Virus record (IMG/VR): IMGVR_UViG_3300028027_000001
Strand: one strand, 5' to 3'
DNA: 64,000 bases
Origin: a virus
Of this stretch, positions 60,362-64,000 are shown piece by piece; within the stretch, counting starts at the first letter, position 1; each line of letters begins with the position of its first letter. Below the pieces are notes generated by a model that was given only the letters and a program-made list of their open reading frames with translations, did no database searches and was not told the origin of the DNA. Position numbers and translations under genes: made by a program.

Positions 60362-60461
60362 TTAATTGTTTTTTAAATTAATACTTTTTTACAATTAAAA
60401 TAACTATTAAAAGGAACAATATTGTTATTCTGGGATAAATATAATAAAAGGAAGAAAGAAA

Positions 60462-60801
60462 CTTGGAGTATTATTTTTTATACTGTATATTAACCATGGG
60501 TTGAAAATAAGGATATAAAGGGTTTAGAGATTAGGGAATAAGGGATGAGTAAATGGGGAGTGGGAACGTAGGATAACATGGGGGTGGAAAATATGGAGAC
60601 ATGTACCCGGTACGGAAAATATGGATAAATGGTTAGGGGTTACTGGGTATTATGTTGGGAAACAGTATATTATATCGGTATATATTTTATCGAGGTAGAG
60701 AAAATTTTTAAAAAGAAGAGATTTAAAATTTATGAATTTTCCACAGAAATGACATTTTGGGGATTTTTATTTGGGTTATGGGGGGATTTATCGTATATTT
60801 A
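60462..60801 (+). promoter_or_regulatory. Tandem + strand sigmaA-type promoters in an ORF-free region
   Basis: CTTG-N20-TATATTAA (60462-60493), ACTG-N20-TATATTAT (60642-60673) and TTTG-N20-TATATTTA (60770-60801). Confidence 0.55.
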
Positions 60802-60948
60802 AATTGGGGTTAAAAATGATAATAAAATGGTTGAGGAATAAAGGTTTTTGGGAATTTGGAATAATATGTTTAGGATATAGGGATATACAATGTCGATGGG
60901 TAAGGGTTGTTTGCGATTTATAAAGGCGTCTAATTCACACCCCGCACC

Positions 60949-61042
60949 ACCATATGCGCGTATTGACGCGAACGCACGTGGGATATAATGCGATATATCA
61001 TATATATACCGTACCGCCCATAATATCCAGTACGCATATGGT
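60949..61042. repeat. GC-rich nested inverted repeat
   Basis: ACCATATGCG (60949-60958)/CGCATATGGT (61033-61042) is perfect; inner GGATATAATG/CATAATATCC matches 9/10. Confidence 0.75.
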
Positions 61043-61056
61043 ACGAAGTAGAGAAT

Positions 61057-61290
61057 CTATATCTCTATAGAACCCTCACTCCCAGTATTCTCAATTCCAA
61101 CAATCATATATTGCATGAAATCCCAAACACCAATCCAGTTATCCATTGCTGCCAATGTTTCAGGAGCATTTTCACCTTCCATTATGATTCGATCTTGATA
61201 GATTTCATATAACCATCTCTCACGCTCAGCTAATGCTATAATTAACTGTTCAACACTTAAATTCTTACCATTTACTACTTTCATAACCAT
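61057..61290 (-). CDS. Early small hypothetical protein
   Basis: Preceded by the repeated early promoter. Confidence 0.7.
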   Translation of the reverse strand: MVMKVVNGKNLSVEQLIIALAERERWLYEIYQDRIIMEGENAPETLAAMDNWIGVWDFMQYMIVGIENTGSEGSIEI

Positions 61291-61330
61291 ATGTTTTAAC
61301 TTATTTATACTTGAATATACGAACTGGATT

Positions 61331-61501
61331 CTATGATATTGTTACCTTATATCTATCACTCATGAATGTTTCCATCTCCTCACTTAGTGTATTGAATAAG
61401 AAAAATGATTCACTTACAGTCATATCACTAAAATCATAACCCAGGGTTTCCATTATTAATTTAACTGCTTCTAATTTCTCAATTGCGCTTAACTCTTTCA
61501 T
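61331..61501 (-). CDS. Early 56-aa acidic protein
   Basis: Not in the track: MKELSAIEKLEAVKLIMETLGYDF... Confidence 0.6.
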   Translation of the reverse strand: MKELSAIEKLEAVKLIMETLGYDFSDMTVSESFFLFNTLSEEMETFMSDRYKVTIS

Positions 61502-61506
61502 AACTA

Positions 61507-61590
61507 TTAATTTAAAAATTTAAATATAAAATATTTAACTACACTTAAAAATCCTACTAACACCACTAAATAAACGATTGAACCTAACAT
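61507..61590 (-). CDS. Early 27-aa membrane peptide
   Basis: MLGSIVYLVVLVGFLSVVKYFIFKFLN, directly after an early promoter. Confidence 0.5.
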   Translation of the reverse strand: MLGSIVYLVVLVGFLSVVKYFIFKFLN

Positions 61591-61672
61591 AATATCTATT
61601 TTTAATTATGACTAAATATACGAATTGAATTTAAATGCTTTATGTCCTAACTAATATAAAAATAAAAAGAGG

Positions 61673-61897
61673 CTATATTGCCTCTTTAATATAATTTACT
61701 AATTTTTCTAAACTATTAAAAATATTTAAATCGTCCTCCTCAGTAAATACTTCAAAATCACCCTCTTCCCCAGTTATGAAAATAGAATTATTAATTACTA
61801 ACTCTGTCCCTCCATCAAAATCTCCTTCTATTTTTTGAATTTTAATTTCTACTGCCTTTCCGAAAATTGCTTCTAATTCTAATTTTAAGTCCTTCAT
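61673..61897 (-). CDS. Early acidic small protein
   Basis: 74 aa, preceded by an early promoter. Confidence 0.7.
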   Translation of the reverse strand: MKDLKLELEAIFGKAVEIKIQKIEGDFDGGTELVINNSIFITGEEGDFEVFTEEDDLNIFNSLEKLVNYIKEAI

Positions 61898-61974
61898 AGC
61901 TTTAATTTTAAATTATTAATATTTATCTTTTTATTATACTTAAATATACGAATTGAATTTAAATTATTTATGTC

Positions 61975-62127
61975 CTAACGTTCCGCTCTCACTAATGCAC
62001 CTTCTTCAAACCAATAGAATTGAAATCTACCATCTTTGTATAATGTAATGTTTGCATCTTCAGTTAGACAACCATCTATATTTTGGATATATTGCTTATT
62101 TTGTTCTATGAATTGATATGCGCTCAT
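61975..62127 (-). CDS. Early 50-aa protein
   Basis: Not in the track: MSAYQFIEQNKQYIQNIDG... Confidence 0.55.
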   Translation of the reverse strand: MSAYQFIEQNKQYIQNIDGCLTEDANITLYKDGRFQFYWFEEGALVRAER

Positions 62128-62160
62128 ATGAATTGATTTTACGTGTTTAAATTATATTGA

Positions 62161-62385
62161 TTAAAGGAGAATTTGAAGAAACTCACTACCTATTTTCACA
62201 CTGTACTCCTGGGATAATGCTTCTAATTGCTCCATATTAATGTCTACCTCAGTTTCAGTAAAATAATATTCATTAAAGTGTTTACGCTGACGAAATGAAT
62301 CTTTTAATTGAGGAATTATGTTAACTATATTTTCCATTTCCCAACCTGCAACCACACTATCATTTATTTCAATTGTTCTTTTCAT
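62161..62385 (-). CDS. Early small protein
   Basis: 74 aa, preceded by an early promoter. Confidence 0.7.
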   Translation of the reverse strand: MKRTIEINDSVVAGWEMENIVNIIPQLKDSFRQRKHFNEYYFTETEVDINMEQLEALSQEYSVKIGSEFLQILL

Positions 62386-62432
62386 AATATCGCTTTTTAA
62401 TTATACTGGAATATACGAAATAAAAATGGAGA

Positions 62433-62828
62433 TCATTTGACCTCCATATTTTTTAACATATCAATTAAATTAACATCGTTCATTTCAACTTTTGATTTAG
62501 CTGGACGGCCACGACGAATTTCTCCATTTACACGTTTAGCCTCTAACTCAGCTATTCTCAATTGTCGCTTTGAAGTTGGATCAACGGCTCTACCCAATTT
62601 TAATTCACCACTAGCACGTTTAGCCTCTAACTCAGCTATACGCTTTTGTCTCTCACTATCATTTGAAACCGGTCTCCCCTTTTTAATTGTAACACCTGCC
62701 TCTATTTTAGCATTTAACTCAGCTAAACGTTGTTGACGCTTTGATTCAGGGTTTGGTTTACGGCCAGTTTTGATACCTTTAAATGATTTTTTCTCAACTG
62801 CTACCTCTAATACTTCTAACTTTTTCAT
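62433..62828 (-). CDS. Early basic repeat protein with AT-hook-like GRP motifs
   Basis: Three ~28-aa GR.....S.RQ.R(L/I)AEL.AK units and a final RRGRP. Confidence 0.7.
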   Translation of the reverse strand: MKKLEVLEVAVEKKSFKGIKTGRKPNPESKRQQRLAELNAKIEAGVTIKKGRPVSNDSERQKRIAELEAKRASGELKLGRAVDPTSKRQLRIAELEAKRVNGEIRRGRPAKSKVEMNDVNLIDMLKNMEVK

Positions 62829-62902
62829 AACCTTAATTTTTAAATTTATATTTTCTTATTATGCTTAAATATACGAATTGAATCTCGATTCTATTTACCC
62901 TA

Positions 62903-63223
62903 CTACATTAAGTATTTTGCTTTATTAAAACGTTCCTTACATTCATTAATAAAACTATCTGTAATTAAACCAACACACTCTTCTTCTACCATTGATTCAA
63001 TATCAATTCCCATATCTAACATTTTCTCTTTAAATTGTTTATATGCCTTACCACCATTGATTGGCATCCCCATAAATGTAATATTAACAATATCTGAAAA
63101 CTCAACATCTACTCCTTCATTACTAACTATAATCTGATGTTCAACTGTTGCTTTGAATGATCCATCACCACAAACGATATCGTTTTGAACACTTACAAAC
63201 ATTGATTGATTTACTACTTTCAT
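62903..63223 (-). CDS. Early hypothetical protein
   Basis: 106 aa, preceded by an early promoter. Confidence 0.7.
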   Translation of the reverse strand: MKVVNQSMFVSVQNDIVCGDGSFKATVEHQIIVSNEGVDVEFSDIVNITFMGMPINGGKAYKQFKEKMLDMGIDIESMVEEECVGLITDSFINECKERFNKAKYLM

Positions 63224-63310
63224 AACCTTAATTTTAAATTATTATCTCTTTATTTATACTGGAATATACGAACTATATCTTGTATCGCTTAATCCACCGT
63301 TAAAATTAAT

Positions 63311-63505
63311 CTATTTAAACAATACTACTAATTGTTCCGCTGCTGGAGCATTTTTCAATACTAACTCTTCAAATGAATAACTTGAACTTACCTCAAACGC
63401 AATTTTAACATTGTTATCCCATAACTTGTTAAATTTATTCTTTTTCTCAATCCAGTATAAATCCTTTACTAATTGTTCTTTGCGTAATGTAGCTTCTCTT
63501 TTCAT
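63311..63505 (-). CDS. Early small protein
   Basis: 64 aa, preceded by an early promoter. Confidence 0.7.
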   Translation of the reverse strand: MKREATLRKEQLVKDLYWIEKKNKFNKLWDNNVKIAFEVSSSYSFEELVLKNAPAAEQLVVLFK

Positions 63506-63597
63506 AACCTTTAAATTTAATTTATTTAACTTATTTATGTTTGAATATACGAAATGTCTTTTAAAAATACTTGTCCTACCAATCCAGTGATTGTATA

Positions 63598-63759
63598 TTA
63601 AATGTAAGGATCAATTATTAAATTGCTGTAACGATCTTTTGGTTGGGTAATGTCGTTATACAAGTGAACCACTGCTGCTGGGATTAATAATAATACTCCG
63701 AATGGGTTTCCAAATGCTAATAAAACGAACCCTAATGCTAATAATGAATTTTTAATCAT
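63598..63759 (-). CDS. Early 53-aa membrane protein
   Basis: MIKNSLLALGFVLLAFGNPFGVLLLIPAAVV... Confidence 0.55.
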   Translation of the reverse strand: MIKNSLLALGFVLLAFGNPFGVLLLIPAAVVHLYNDITQPKDRYSNLIIDPYI

Positions 63760-63779
63760 AACCTTTATTTTAATTTAAT

Positions 63780-63926
63780 TTATCTATTATTTAATCTTTT
63801 AAACACGTTTAATAATTTAGGATCGGATTTGATTTTATTCATCATTTCATCCATTTTGTCTCTAAGGAATTTGTTATATTCTTCCTCACTTTTGAATTTT
63901 GTTTTATCGTATTTTAACTTACTCAT
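63780..63926 (-). CDS. Early 48-aa basic protein
   Basis: MSKLKYDKTKFKSEEEYNKFLRDK..., preceded by an early promoter. Confidence 0.55.
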   Translation of the reverse strand: MSKLKYDKTKFKSEEEYNKFLRDKMDEMMNKIKSDPKLLNVFKRLNNR

Positions 63927-64000
63927 AATATCTATTTTTAATTATACTGGAATATACGATTTTAGATTTAATTATTTTTATCCAATGAAAACAAAATCTT

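Larger units (their letters stand above)
418..60442 (-). promoter_or_regulatory. Dispersed late-promoter motif ATA(T/C)(T/G)TAT on the coding strand (~25 copies)
   Basis: Copies start at 418, 1353, 2416, 2441(+), 6412, 9404, 12080, 12810, 14571, 17511, 20971, 26420, 27090, 29199, 30071, 33447, 37248, 41849, 44537, 51124, 53744, 56427, 58923, 60202 and 60435, each upstream of a gene start. Confidence 0.75.
61314..63983 (-). promoter_or_regulatory. Eight repeated early promoters, WGG-N22-TCG-TATATT
   Basis: + strand AATATA at 61314, 61615, 61943, 62410, 62868, 63263, 63544 and 63951, each followed after exactly 25 nt by CC. Confidence 0.85.

Noticed and set aside
61613-61979. Near-identical ~40-bp repeats as a CRISPR array
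   Set aside because: They are hundreds of bp apart, separated by ORFs and contain promoter boxes; no regular spacers or cas operon
1-64000. Stop-codon reassignment
   Set aside because: Core genes are full-length under code 11, and TAA, TAG and TGA all end genes at sensible positions

Overview
About 64 kb of a large, AT-rich, T4-like (myovirus-type) phage genome. The host is most likely Bacteroidota, judged from TTTG-N19/20-TATATT promoters, A-rich translation starts without Shine-Dalgarno sites and an Hc1-type histone. Nearly all genes are on the minus strand. From high to low coordinates: (1) an early array of small ORFs, fronted by eight copies of one promoter (61-64 kb); (2) an ORF-free, G-skewed region with antisense promoters and a GC-rich hairpin (60.4-61.05 kb); (3) an HD hydrolase and a gp55-like late sigma factor; (4) baseplate and tail-fibre genes (39-56 kb); (5) primase and a PD-(D/E)XK exonuclease; (6) a 12 kb block of proteins with shared amphipathic leaders and L/I-x-E sites, which are candidate capsid-packaged cargo and include several enzymes; (7) spanin-like genes, TerL, portal, core, protease, scaffold and major capsid protein; (8) a chimeric homing endonuclease, PhoH, paralogous fibres and neck genes, with a fibre/J-domain island between gp14 and gp15. 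The most notable observations are three promoter grammars (including an 8/8 invariant GG-N25-TATATT early class and a late motif that is the reverse complement of the T4 one), the leader-tagged cargo cassette, a pervasive [ST]-x-S motif in virion proteins, an A8-frameshifted nuclease and a pseudoknot-terminator element. All functional calls come from motif recognition by eye, with no database searches.
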